Shown here: positions 55,992 to 64,000 of the stretch, in pieces | Numbering within the stretch: position 1 is the first letter of the stretch | Layout of the letters: each line of letters begins with the position of its first letter | DNA from: Pirellulales bacterium | GTDB lineage: Bacteria; Planctomycetota; Planctomycetia; Pirellulales; PALSA-1355 | Assembly: GCA_963733035.1 (NCBI GenBank) | Contig: CAVTBU010000006.1 | Span: 1,003,391 to 1,067,390 of the forward strand | DNA length: 64,000 nt | Direction: 5' to 3' | Translations under genes and position numbers: made by a program | The notes under the pieces: model-generated | Told to the model about the DNA's origin: nothing | The model's database searches: none | The model's input: the letters and a program-made list of their open reading frames with translations, nothing else

Positions 55992-56438
55992 CTACGTCGA
56001 GTTGCGTCCCATTCGCAGCGATTGCCGACTCGCCGCGAGGATGGCAGCTCCGCTCACGACGATGCTTGAAATCCTGAACCACATCGGATAAGGAAGCATC
56101 GACACGTTAAAAACGAATCCGGCCAAGAGCATCAGCCCAGTGAGTAGCAAGCTAGCTCGGCCCCCAATTTGTTTGGCGGTCCATGTACTTGCGAACGCTG
56201 TCAGTCCCCAGGCAGGAACGACAAGGGCCAGCACCCAGGCCGGATAGCGTGCGACGTGCTGACACATTTCGTCCTCCGTTCCGCTGAAATCTGGCGGGAA
56301 GGGATGCACGACGGCGCTAAACAACTCGATCGCGACGAGCAACAGAAACGCGATCAGCATTCCGGCAAGACAGCCGACAAGAACACGAACCGCTTTGATT
56401 TTTGTGAAGGCCGGCAACCGAGCTCTGTCCGTATTCAT
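55992..56438 (-). CDS. Small membrane protein
   Basis: Four hydrophobic segments, HPFPP and PYPMWF motifs; third gene of the ArsR-VOC operon. Confidence 0.75.
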   Translation of the reverse strand: MNTDRARLPAFTKIKAVRVLVGCLAGMLIAFLLLVAIELFSAVVHPFPPDFSGTEDEMCQHVARYPAWVLALVVPAWGLTAFASTWTAKQIGGRASLLLTGLMLLAGFVFNVSMLPYPMWFRISSIVVSGAAILAASRQSLRMGRNST

Positions 56439-56440
56439 GG

Positions 56441-56827
56441 CTAGTGTTTCTGGGCGATCTGGATGAGATTGCCGCAAGTGTCGTCCAAAACCGCCGTGGT
56501 CACAGGCCCCATAGCCACGGGAGGTTGTGTGAATGTGACGCCTTGCGCGGTGAGGCGTTCATATTCCCTCTGTACGTCGTCCACTCCGAAGGAAGTAAAG
56601 GGAATACCGTCGTCAACCAGCGCCGCTTTGAAGGGACGAACGGCAGGATGTTCCGAAGGCTCCAGGAGCAACTCGACGCCGTCGACCGCCTGCGGTGAAA
56701 CCAACGTCAACCAGCGGTGCTCACCCAAGGGAATATCGTTTTTCTTCACGAATCCCAATTTGTCCGTATAGAAACGGAGGGCTTTTTCCTGGTCGTCAAC
56801 AAAGACGCTGGTTAAGACAATTCTCAT
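56441..56827 (-). CDS. VOC (glyoxalase/bleomycin resistance) family protein
   Basis: SVFVDDQEKALRFYTDKLGF, RWLTLVSP, DDTCGNLIQI. Confidence 0.93.
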   Translation of the reverse strand: MRIVLTSVFVDDQEKALRFYTDKLGFVKKNDIPLGEHRWLTLVSPQAVDGVELLLEPSEHPAVRPFKAALVDDGIPFTSFGVDDVQREYERLTAQGVTFTQPPVAMGPVTTAVLDDTCGNLIQIAQKH

Positions 56828-57108
56828 TTGCGTTTTCCCTTTGTCGGGCGCCACCGTCGGATGATTTCTTCCAGCGGCGTCGTATGGATGAAGTGGTACT
56901 TGTATCGGCCCTCCCGCTTGGCTGAGACCAGTCCGACACTCTCCAGCACGTTCAAGTGTTGAGAGATTGCCTGCCGCGAAAGGTTCAGCCCGTGCTTCAT
57001 CGTTAGGCGAGCACAAAGTTCGAAAAGTGTCTGCCCGTCGCGATCGTGGAGTTCGTCCAAAATCGCTCGGCGGGCCGGCACACTGATCGCCTCATAGATA
57101 TCAGACAT
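56824..57108 (-). CDS. ArsR/SmtB-family HTH regulator
   Basis: RRAILDELHDRDGQTLFELC, SRQAISQHL.VLE..GLV...REGRYK; ATGA overlap with the VOC gene. Confidence 0.92.
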   Translation of the reverse strand: MSDIYEAISVPARRAILDELHDRDGQTLFELCARLTMKHGLNLSRQAISQHLNVLESVGLVSAKREGRYKYHFIHTTPLEEIIRRWRPTKGKRK

Positions 57109-57113
57109 ACGCC

Positions 57114-57143
57114 ACTATAGGCAAGTGACGACTTGCCTGTCAA
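57114..57143 (-). promoter_or_regulatory. Sigma70 promoter with embedded operator palindrome
   Basis: TTGACA (57143-57138)-18 nt-TATAGT (57119-57114). The perfect inverted repeat AGGCAAGT-GACG-ACTTGCCT at 57119-57138 fills the spacer. Confidence 0.85.
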
Positions 57144-57375
57144 TGGTCCACGAGGCAAAGCTGGGCACAGACGGTAGTCCTTTTGTCCGTCGTGAGATCC
57201 TTGGGTGGATGCGTTTTCGCGCTTCTCGGGGGGCCGTGTATAACGCGTCTAGCGCGTCCGCATGGGCGGCGCAACGAGGGCATGACCTGAGCGTGCAATC
57301 GTCTTGCCGCGCCTTCGGCTCCGACGCGACCAGTTCCTTAATTCCGGTTCGACAAGACGTTCCGTCGAATCCGCG

Positions 57376-58131
57376 TTACCCGCGCCGCACGACGCGCAGA
57401 AAATCCTGGTGGCACGAGAGCCGGTACCCGCCATCCGGCTGGGCGAAGCGGCCGATGTACTCTTCCAGCTCGGTGCAACGCGGTGGGTTGGGCATGGGAT
57501 GGGCGCTGAGAATGAACTCGGCGACCTGGTAGGTGGTGGGGAGGTCGGGGGTGCGAATGTGGGCGGAGATGGTTTCTTGCGTGACCGCGTAGGGGCTGCC
57601 CGGGATAGCGCGGGCGATGGCGGCGAGGTCCTCCAGATCGAACTTCAGGTCGAGGAAGTGGGCGACCATTTGCGAGCAGTCGGTGGCCGGATTTTGCAAA
57701 GCGATTGCCAGCGTGCCGCCCGCGGATAGCCAGTCGATTAGGTGGAGAAGGTTTGCCTCCCATGCATCGCGCGGGATGTAGTAGAAGACGTGCGAACAGA
57801 GCACGAAGTCGGCGGCCTGCGGCGGGTTGGCGTCGACGATGGTGTGCGGCAGCAGCGTGGCCGTGGGACAGGTCTGGCGGAACTCGGCGGCGAGCGTCGG
57901 GTTGGGTTCCAGCCCGACGACGCTGGCGAACCTTTCGACGAGCCACGCGGTGAGCTTGCCGGTGCCGGCGCCCGAGTCGATGGCTGTTTGCTTGCGGGCA
58001 AGCCCGTCGACCTCGCGGTCGAGCCACTGGAGGGCCTTTGTCTTTTGGTCGGTGTGGGCCAGAAAGGTTTGAAAGGCCTGGGTGTACTCGGGACTCGAGG
58101 AGTCGAATCTCGCCACGCGATCGAGTTGCAT
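57376..58131 (-). CDS. Class I SAM-dependent methyltransferase
   Basis: FLAHTDQK, AIDSGAGTG, LEPN, DFVLCSHVFYY. Confidence 0.85.
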   Translation of the reverse strand: MQLDRVARFDSSSPEYTQAFQTFLAHTDQKTKALQWLDREVDGLARKQTAIDSGAGTGKLTAWLVERFASVVGLEPNPTLAAEFRQTCPTATLLPHTIVDANPPQAADFVLCSHVFYYIPRDAWEANLLHLIDWLSAGGTLAIALQNPATDCSQMVAHFLDLKFDLEDLAAIARAIPGSPYAVTQETISAHIRTPDLPTTYQVAEFILSAHPMPNPPRCTELEEYIGRFAQPDGGYRLSCHQDFLRVVRRG

Positions 58132-58200
58132 GCGATTGCTCCGTGGTTTGGCGGATGCGCAGCGCAGTGTAGCAAAAAGTGCCAACGCGGTCGCCCAATG

Positions 58201-58235
58201 AAAGAACCCCGCCAGACCGAGTGGCCGGGCGGGGC
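58201..58235 (-). terminator. Rho-independent terminator after the PEP-CTERM gene
   Basis: Minus strand GCCCCGCCCGGCC-ACTC-GGTCTGGCGGGGT then TCTTT. Confidence 0.6.
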
Positions 58236-58265
58236 TGGTGGCGTTGCGAGTTTTATGGCCGCGGG

Positions 58266-59300
58266 TTAAGCCCGAGGGAACTTCTTCCGCAGTGCGACGA
58301 AGCCCAGACCTGCCAGGCAGGAGATGGCCAGCACGAGCGTGCTCGGCTCCGGAACAAGCGCGAAGTTTGCCGCGACATTCTGATTTCCAAGATAGTCACC
58401 GACGTAGGCGGGATCGTAGGTTTCGTTCAACGCCTCGTGGTTCTCCGGGTCGTATGCGCCCGTGTACTTGTAGAACTCGTAGCGACGGGTCACGGATTCG
58501 TTTGCATTGCCGACGTCGGCCTCGTCGAGCTTCTCGCCGCGATCCGGATTATTCGGATCGGTTTGCAGGAGCTGCCACTCGATTTCGGTCTCGGATTCAG
58601 GAGGCACCACGGCATTGCCCAAGACGAGTTGGTTCAACTCGACGGGGTCTGGGTTCTCGACGACGGTCGTGAACGCCTTGACCCAAATCGCGTCGCTCAA
58701 CTGCTGTCCGACCTCCGGTTCGGGCGCCGGCACCATCGCCTGAAGGCCGGCTTGATTGCCCGGGTTGACCGGCGGCACGACGGACAAGACCGGCGCGGGA
58801 ACCATCACGTTCGTGCCCGCCTGGACGAGCGTGCCATTGCCGCCGTCGAGCAGCCAGTGGTAGACGGTGTTCGTCGGGGTTACGTTCAAAGCGACGCCGA
58901 AGTGGTCGCCCGGAACGTTGGGGTAGTCGGGCGAACCGCCGTACTGCGGAAAGTAGAGCGAGTGTCCGCCGGTGGGAGCATAAGTGCCTGAGGCCGTGCC
59001 GACGGCCCAGGCGCCGTTGCTGTAGGCGCTTTCATACCGCACGAAGGTATTCGCGCCATCGGTCGTGATGGTCGGAGTGCCGTACCGATTGTACGGATCG
59101 CCGAACGTGGAAAAGACGTTCGAAGGCAGGCACCCGTCAAGTTCGATCTCGAAGCCGTGCGCGGTTTGGCCGGTGTCGTTGATGATGTCGAAGTTGCTCA
59201 GCGTGCCGTACAGCGTCGTGGCAAGTGCCGGAGTGCTGAACGAAACAAGCGCCAGCGCGGCGGCAATCATCAAGTTGCAGCGTAGAAGTCGGTCGACCAT
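58266..59300 (-). CDS. PEP-CTERM protein of unknown function
   Basis: Signal peptide (ALA|TT), GTLSNFDIINDTG..AHGFEIEL, VPEPSTLVLAI...LRKK. Confidence 0.87.
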   Translation of the reverse strand: MVDRLLRCNLMIAAALALVSFSTPALATTLYGTLSNFDIINDTGQTAHGFEIELDGCLPSNVFSTFGDPYNRYGTPTITTDGANTFVRYESAYSNGAWAVGTASGTYAPTGGHSLYFPQYGGSPDYPNVPGDHFGVALNVTPTNTVYHWLLDGGNGTLVQAGTNVMVPAPVLSVVPPVNPGNQAGLQAMVPAPEPEVGQQLSDAIWVKAFTTVVENPDPVELNQLVLGNAVVPPESETEIEWQLLQTDPNNPDRGEKLDEADVGNANESVTRRYEFYKYTGAYDPENHEALNETYDPAYVGDYLGNQNVAANFALVPEPSTLVLAISCLAGLGFVALRKKFPRA

Positions 59301-59983
59301 TTGTCTTGCTCTTTCGAAAGGTAGTGGTGGATTCAAAGTAGATGCGAAGCTCGCAACTCGTTTGACGTCGAGTCGCGCAACCCAACCAAGGCGTCAAGGG
59401 GCAAGGCGGTGTGGCCGTCATCATTTTTGGGGGAACGGCGCTAATGAACTCATCACGTCTGTGCGCGGATACCAAAGTCGATGCAACCTTGGCATCGGCC
59501 GCGACACGCGAGGATGAAACCGCATCAAATGGCTAGCGTACTCCTCAACTAAGTTGCACGAGGTGCAAACTGATTTCAGTGACGCGTTAGAGAGAATCCA
59601 GATGACCAGCGGCTTGTGCGGCAGACTATCTGTGCGGCGAAGTGAGCGTCAAGATGCGCATCTTCGCACGTAGCTCCGGGGGGCGGCCGCGCAAAGGTTG
59701 AACAAACGCATTGGCTCCAGCTACCGCGCGCGTTGCGTACATGCGCAAGAGTGGAGTTGAGCGAAGCTAGCGATTGGTTGTCGACCGCAACTGACGTGGC
59801 GCGCCGCATGGGACGCCAGATCCGGTTGGTTCATGGACAATGTGGACCAACGAACACGAATTACAATTCTTGGTACAGAAGTTGAAGTGCGTGAGCAGGC
59901 AAACCACGCCAGCAAAGGTCGAGCGGCTGGCCCACTCGCGCAATCGCTGATTGGCGTCGTGCGAACAGGTTTGCCGCGCTTGC

Positions 59984-61756
59984 TCAACGGCCCGCGGAGG
60001 CGAGTTCAGGCTCGGCTTGGCAGGGAATTGCCGCGGCGTGCTGACGCAGGATGCGGGAGACTTCGGCGATGCTCGCCGGATCGCGGTGCAGCTTTTCGTG
60101 GCGTGCCGGAACGAACAGTTCGCTGTCGCCGTAATGACGTGCGCTGGCGACCGGAACGATTCCGTCGCCCGGTTCGAGCGGGCTGTGGCCGCCGGTGCCG
60201 ATGATCGAGTGCAAACGCGTTTGGCAGTTGACCGGCAATTTCGCCAGGCCATCCAGGAACGGACTTTCGGGTTCGAGTAGCGAGATGGCGGTGGGGCGCC
60301 CGCGGCGGAGGAACGGCTTGAAGACGTCCCGATTCTGCTCGATCAATTCGTCGTACTTCGCTTCTTCTTCCCCGCCGTACTGCACCAGCAGACTGCCGAC
60401 GCGGCCAGCGGCGCGGCTGGCCATGCCGCTGCCGCGATGCGGCGTGCCGATGAAGATGACTTGCTTGACCATGGGTACTGGCTGGAAGAAGAACCCGCGG
60501 GCCAGCCGGGCTTGCAACTCCGGAGGTGCCCGCAGCGCGGAAAAAGGTTGCACGGCCGCTTCGCGCCAAAGCAAGTCATACGAACTGGTCACTTGCATTT
60601 TGGCGACGAGGCCTCCAAGGCTGTGTCCGACGAGCACCATCGAGTTCATCGCCGGGTCGGCATGTTGCGGATCGTACGTTTGCCGGATGAGCAGCAGCGT
60701 CTGTCGCAGGGCGACGGTCGACGTCATCAGGTCGCCGCCAGTCGGATAGCGAAACGCCCAGAATTGAAACCGATCGTAAATCTCGCGCTGCGAGCGGAGG
60801 TCGTTGATCATGTCGGCCCAGGTGATCGGATCGGAATACAACCCATGAATCAACACGACGGGGATTTTTCCCGGCTGGTAGGGTTCCAACATCGTGAGCT
60901 TGGGCTGCACCGAGGTGTCGCTGGGTGCCGTGAAGCCGCGGAGGTATTGCCGGGGAGCTTCGTTGACGACGGCCGCGATCGGGGCGGTGAGATCGGCCGC
61001 CAGCGGAACCCTCATGCCGCGCCAGGTTACCGTGTCAAACACCAGCGGATTGTAGAAATCGAGGACGTAGGGGCTCGCCGGTGAATCGAGCGCGGCATCG
61101 GTGCCGTCGGCCGCCCGGCGCAGGACTGCGGTGACGGCGAACGGCTGCCACGGCGCGAAGAACGGTTCGTTCGCGCGGGCCGAGATGCGCGCTGCGATGA
61201 GCGGCACGCCGAGACCCGAGTTGGCGTAGTGATGAGCGATGTCGTTGCTCGATTGGTTTGCGGGCGCGAGGTGCGAGAAGTCGCGCGGCTGCCAGGCGAA
61301 GCCAAAGTAGCGAATCGGAATCACACGCCGCCCACCGTGCATGACGATGAGTTGCCCGCGCGGATCCAGTCGGCCGTAGCGTTGGCCGGCGTCGAGGAGG
61401 CCGGACAAGGCCTGATGGTAGACCAACTCGCTGCTAGCCGCGTAAGGGCCGGGCGCTAGACCGTCGGCAGCCTGTACGGCGGCCAAAAAAAAATAATCGA
61501 CGGCCTGGGCCTGTCCCTGCCGATCGAACAGTTGCGCTTGGGCGAGCGTGTCGGTGCGGTGCATGGCCGGCGGAAGCCCCGCTGTGACAATCGGCCGAGC
61601 GGCCATCGGCTGCGGTGGATCGCCGGAGGCCGAATGGCAGCATGCCACGATCAATAGCACCAGTCCGATCGGGCTCGATCCGAACGAGCCCAGTCCGAAA
61701 TGATCCGGTCGCGTGCGCGCGCGGGCAGATTGGCAGGGTGTCAGGGTGGGATTCAT
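59984..61756 (-). CDS. Alpha/beta hydrolase (esterase/lipase family, planctomycete type)
   Basis: EPYQPGKIPVVLIHGL, VGHSLGG, IGTPHRGS, DGIVPVASA, H. The start is uncertain because the upstream ORF extension overlaps DUF1559. Confidence 0.87.
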   Translation of the reverse strand: MNPTLTPCQSARARTRPDHFGLGSFGSSPIGLVLLIVACCHSASGDPPQPMAARPIVTAGLPPAMHRTDTLAQAQLFDRQGQAQAVDYFFLAAVQAADGLAPGPYAASSELVYHQALSGLLDAGQRYGRLDPRGQLIVMHGGRRVIPIRYFGFAWQPRDFSHLAPANQSSNDIAHHYANSGLGVPLIAARISARANEPFFAPWQPFAVTAVLRRAADGTDAALDSPASPYVLDFYNPLVFDTVTWRGMRVPLAADLTAPIAAVVNEAPRQYLRGFTAPSDTSVQPKLTMLEPYQPGKIPVVLIHGLYSDPITWADMINDLRSQREIYDRFQFWAFRYPTGGDLMTSTVALRQTLLLIRQTYDPQHADPAMNSMVLVGHSLGGLVAKMQVTSSYDLLWREAAVQPFSALRAPPELQARLARGFFFQPVPMVKQVIFIGTPHRGSGMASRAAGRVGSLLVQYGGEEEAKYDELIEQNRDVFKPFLRRGRPTAISLLEPESPFLDGLAKLPVNCQTRLHSIIGTGGHSPLEPGDGIVPVASARHYGDSELFVPARHEKLHRDPASIAEVSRILRQHAAAIPCQAEPELASAGR

Positions 61757-62071
61757 GGCGGGGCGGGCGGGAGGTCTGGCAGTCAGGAGGCCAATGGAAG
61801 GATACCACCCGACGGCCGGCCGCGCGGCGTGTGCATGGCTCGATCGCCGCGACTCGGGCAAGAGTTGGCTTTGCCGACGTGTTACGATCGGCAAAGACGA
61901 CGCAGTTTCAAGCGCGCAGCGGTCGGCACGGCGTCGAGACCCGAAGCGGCTTGGACGCTTGTGTCTGCGGCAATCGATAGTTCGCCACCCGAGCGAAAGG
62001 GATACAATGAATTGCAACGTGTCTGCTCGTCGTGATGTTGTGGTGTTCCACGCTGAACCGGGGCCAACGCC

Positions 62072-62839
62072 ATGGACGAAAATCCTTATCGCGGCCCGAA
62101 CGTCCACGGTGCGGGCGGCCCGGCGCAGAGCCTCGTTGCTACCGGGCTCGTGGTGTTGATGGTGCTGGGCATTGTTGGGATTGTGATTGCCTTGCTGTTG
62201 CCGGCGGTACGGTTTGCCGGTCCGGCGGCCTACCGCAACCAATGCACGAACAACCTGAAGCAAATCGCGATCGCCCTGCAAACCTACGCGGACCACTACG
62301 GTTCCTTGCCGCCGGCCTACACCACGGACGCCGACGGTAAACCGCTGCACAGTTGGCGGACGCTCATTCTGCCGTACCTCGAAGAGCAACCGCTCTACGA
62401 GCAGATCGACCTGGCGAAAGCTTGGGACGACCCTGCGAATGCGGAAGCCTTCAAAAAAGACGTCTACGTTTTTCAATGTCCGGCGTCTTCGCAGCGCGAC
62501 AATCGCACGACGTATCTGGCAGTCATTGCGCCGAACGGTTGTTTTGGTGGCTCCAGGCCCAGAAAAATCTCGGAGATCACCGACCGTCATTCGAAAACGT
62601 TGATGGTCATCGAAGCGGACCAGGAGCATGCGGTTCCCTGGATGAAGCCCGTCGATGCGGACGAGCCGTTAGTACTAAGCATCGGGTCGTCGTCGAAGCT
62701 GGCCCATGCCGGCGGCGTGGGGGCGGTGTTTGCCGACGGATCCGTTCACTTTCTGCCGGACGACACTCCGGCGGCGGCCCGTCGCGCACTGATTACGATC
62801 GCCGGCGACGACGAGGCGGCGGTTACCGGCATGTATTGA
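62072..62839 (+). CDS. DUF1559-domain protein with H-X9-DG C-terminus
   Basis: LLLPAV...QCTNNLKQIAIAL..Y, HSWRTLILPYLE, WDDPAN, HAGGVGAVFADGSV. Confidence 0.92.
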   Translation: MDENPYRGPNVHGAGGPAQSLVATGLVVLMVLGIVGIVIALLLPAVRFAGPAAYRNQCTNNLKQIAIALQTYADHYGSLPPAYTTDADGKPLHSWRTLILPYLEEQPLYEQIDLAKAWDDPANAEAFKKDVYVFQCPASSQRDNRTTYLAVIAPNGCFGGSRPRKISEITDRHSKTLMVIEADQEHAVPWMKPVDADEPLVLSIGSSSKLAHAGGVGAVFADGSVHFLPDDTPAAARRALITIAGDDEAAVTGMY

Positions 62840-63501
62840 TCCGCGTCGCGCGCGCGAACGCACGCGAACGATTGCTTCACTGTGCCACCCAACTCGAACG
62901 CAGCCAGCGGCACGAGCCAACTGGCCCAGGCAGCCAGCGGATAGCTCCAGGTCAGCCCAACGCCCGTCACCGAGGCAAGGCCGCCGATGAGGCGGAGCGC
63001 AACTGCCGAACAAAGCAAGAGAAAGCATCGAAACATCCAGCGACGATGCGCAACGAATTGTCGCTTCATTGCGGATCGCCAGCCCATCAAAACACACAGA
63101 CCGGTGAGAATTGCCAGCAGCGAGAACCCGACGGCCGCGACGGCGCCGGTCTTCGCATAGTAGGCCAACACCAATCCGCTGGGAACCAGCAGTGACAAGA
63201 CGAGCAAGGCTTGGGTTTTACCGAGAGATCGATGCCACTTCGGGAATCGCGTTCGCAACGGTTCACTGATCAACAGCAACCCAAGCAGGAGTGTGACGGG
63301 CCCCGAGGCGATATGTAGATAGAAAGCCGTTCGGTAAATGCCTGAAAAGTAGAATTGACGTCCGCGCAGAAAATCGGACTCAAAGTTCGCTGGGAAGTAG
63401 TCGCCGTAGCCCAGGACCACGCTCGCGGTAACCTTGAGAATCAACAAGGCTGCCAGTAGGGTCAATACGCGTTGCAGCCTCGTTGAGAGGGAGTTTTGCA
63501 T
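62746..63501 (-). CDS. DUF2306-family membrane protein
   Basis: FYLHIASG, WHRSLGK, HRRWMFR, ALRL, AWASWL. Confidence 0.82.
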   Translation of the reverse strand: MQNSLSTRLQRVLTLLAALLILKVTASVVLGYGDYFPANFESDFLRGRQFYFSGIYRTAFYLHIASGPVTLLLGLLLISEPLRTRFPKWHRSLGKTQALLVLSLLVPSGLVLAYYAKTGAVAAVGFSLLAILTGLCVLMGWRSAMKRQFVAHRRWMFRCFLLLCSAVALRLIGGLASVTGVGLTWSYPLAAWASWLVPLAAFELGGTVKQSFACVRARDADQYMPVTAASSSPAIVISARRAAAGVSSGRK

Positions 63502-64000
63502 ATTGCAACAGTTCCTTTCCCTACCGACGGTTGAACGAGCGCCTTTCGCCGGAAATGCCGCAGCGAGGGGCAACGGATTCCGTCATGTGCCGGTCGTTCG
63601 AAGCGACGTAATCCAGTTTACCCCAATGGCCTGCACCCGCGCGGGCTTTCTTGCTGTGCGTTGCAAGACGCCTGAATCGCGGGGATGGCGGCCGCTTGAG
63701 GTTATGCGCGGCTCTGGGTAGGAGTGTTCCTTCGGCGTCGCCTGCGCGGGGTCGGCCGGTGGGCCCGCTGGCGAATGTTGTGATCGGCGAAAAAGATTGG
63801 TAGAAGGGAAGCGTCCGTTCGCCGGCAACGCCTACAAATACCGGTCGAGCCGCCTGTTGTTCAACGAGAAAGTCGACCCGCCATGCGAATCTTCCCGATT
63901 GTTCCAATCCTGGTCTGGTTGTTTGCTTGCCATTCGACCGCGATCGCGGAGCCGCGCATCGTGGTTTCCGGCCCGCAGCGGCAGAACAACCTGGTGACGA

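Noticed and set aside
59984..62629. 881-aa ORF
   Set aside because: The first ~290 codons are antisense to DUF1559 and intergenic DNA; the real hydrolase starts near 61756.

Overview
A 64 kb, high-GC bacterial window, very likely Planctomycetota (Pirellulales-like). The assignment rests on a DUF1559/H-X9-DG protein, a TIGR03067-type protein, a small BON-like protein and five dispersed PEP-CTERM proteins. The left ~11.4 kb is core genome: an acyl-CoA dehydrogenase-like gene, cysC, an LPS lipid A/inner-core cluster (lpxK, hldE, gmhB, waaF-like, GT9, two GT2) and isocitrate dehydrogenase. The rest is a patchwork of accessory genes. These include a convergent N4/N6-methyltransferase plus putative restriction endonuclease pair, a divergent NhaR-like LysR / beta-carbonic anhydrase locus with visible LysR boxes, a glycoside-hydrolase-like::serine-hydrolase fusion and a decaying GntR-ABC transporter operon. 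Also present are several phosphatases, a MoxR/VWA pair, a Tat sulfite-oxidase-family enzyme beside a cupredoxin, folD with a structured leader resembling an SAH-riboswitch variant, and an ArsR-VOC operon with a clear promoter/operator that looks leaderless. About 11 genes carry single-base frameshifts, which most likely reflect uncorrected long-read indels rather than real pseudogenes. I saw no rRNA, tRNA, CRISPR array or intact mobile element. All family calls come from motif recognition by eye; no database searches were run.
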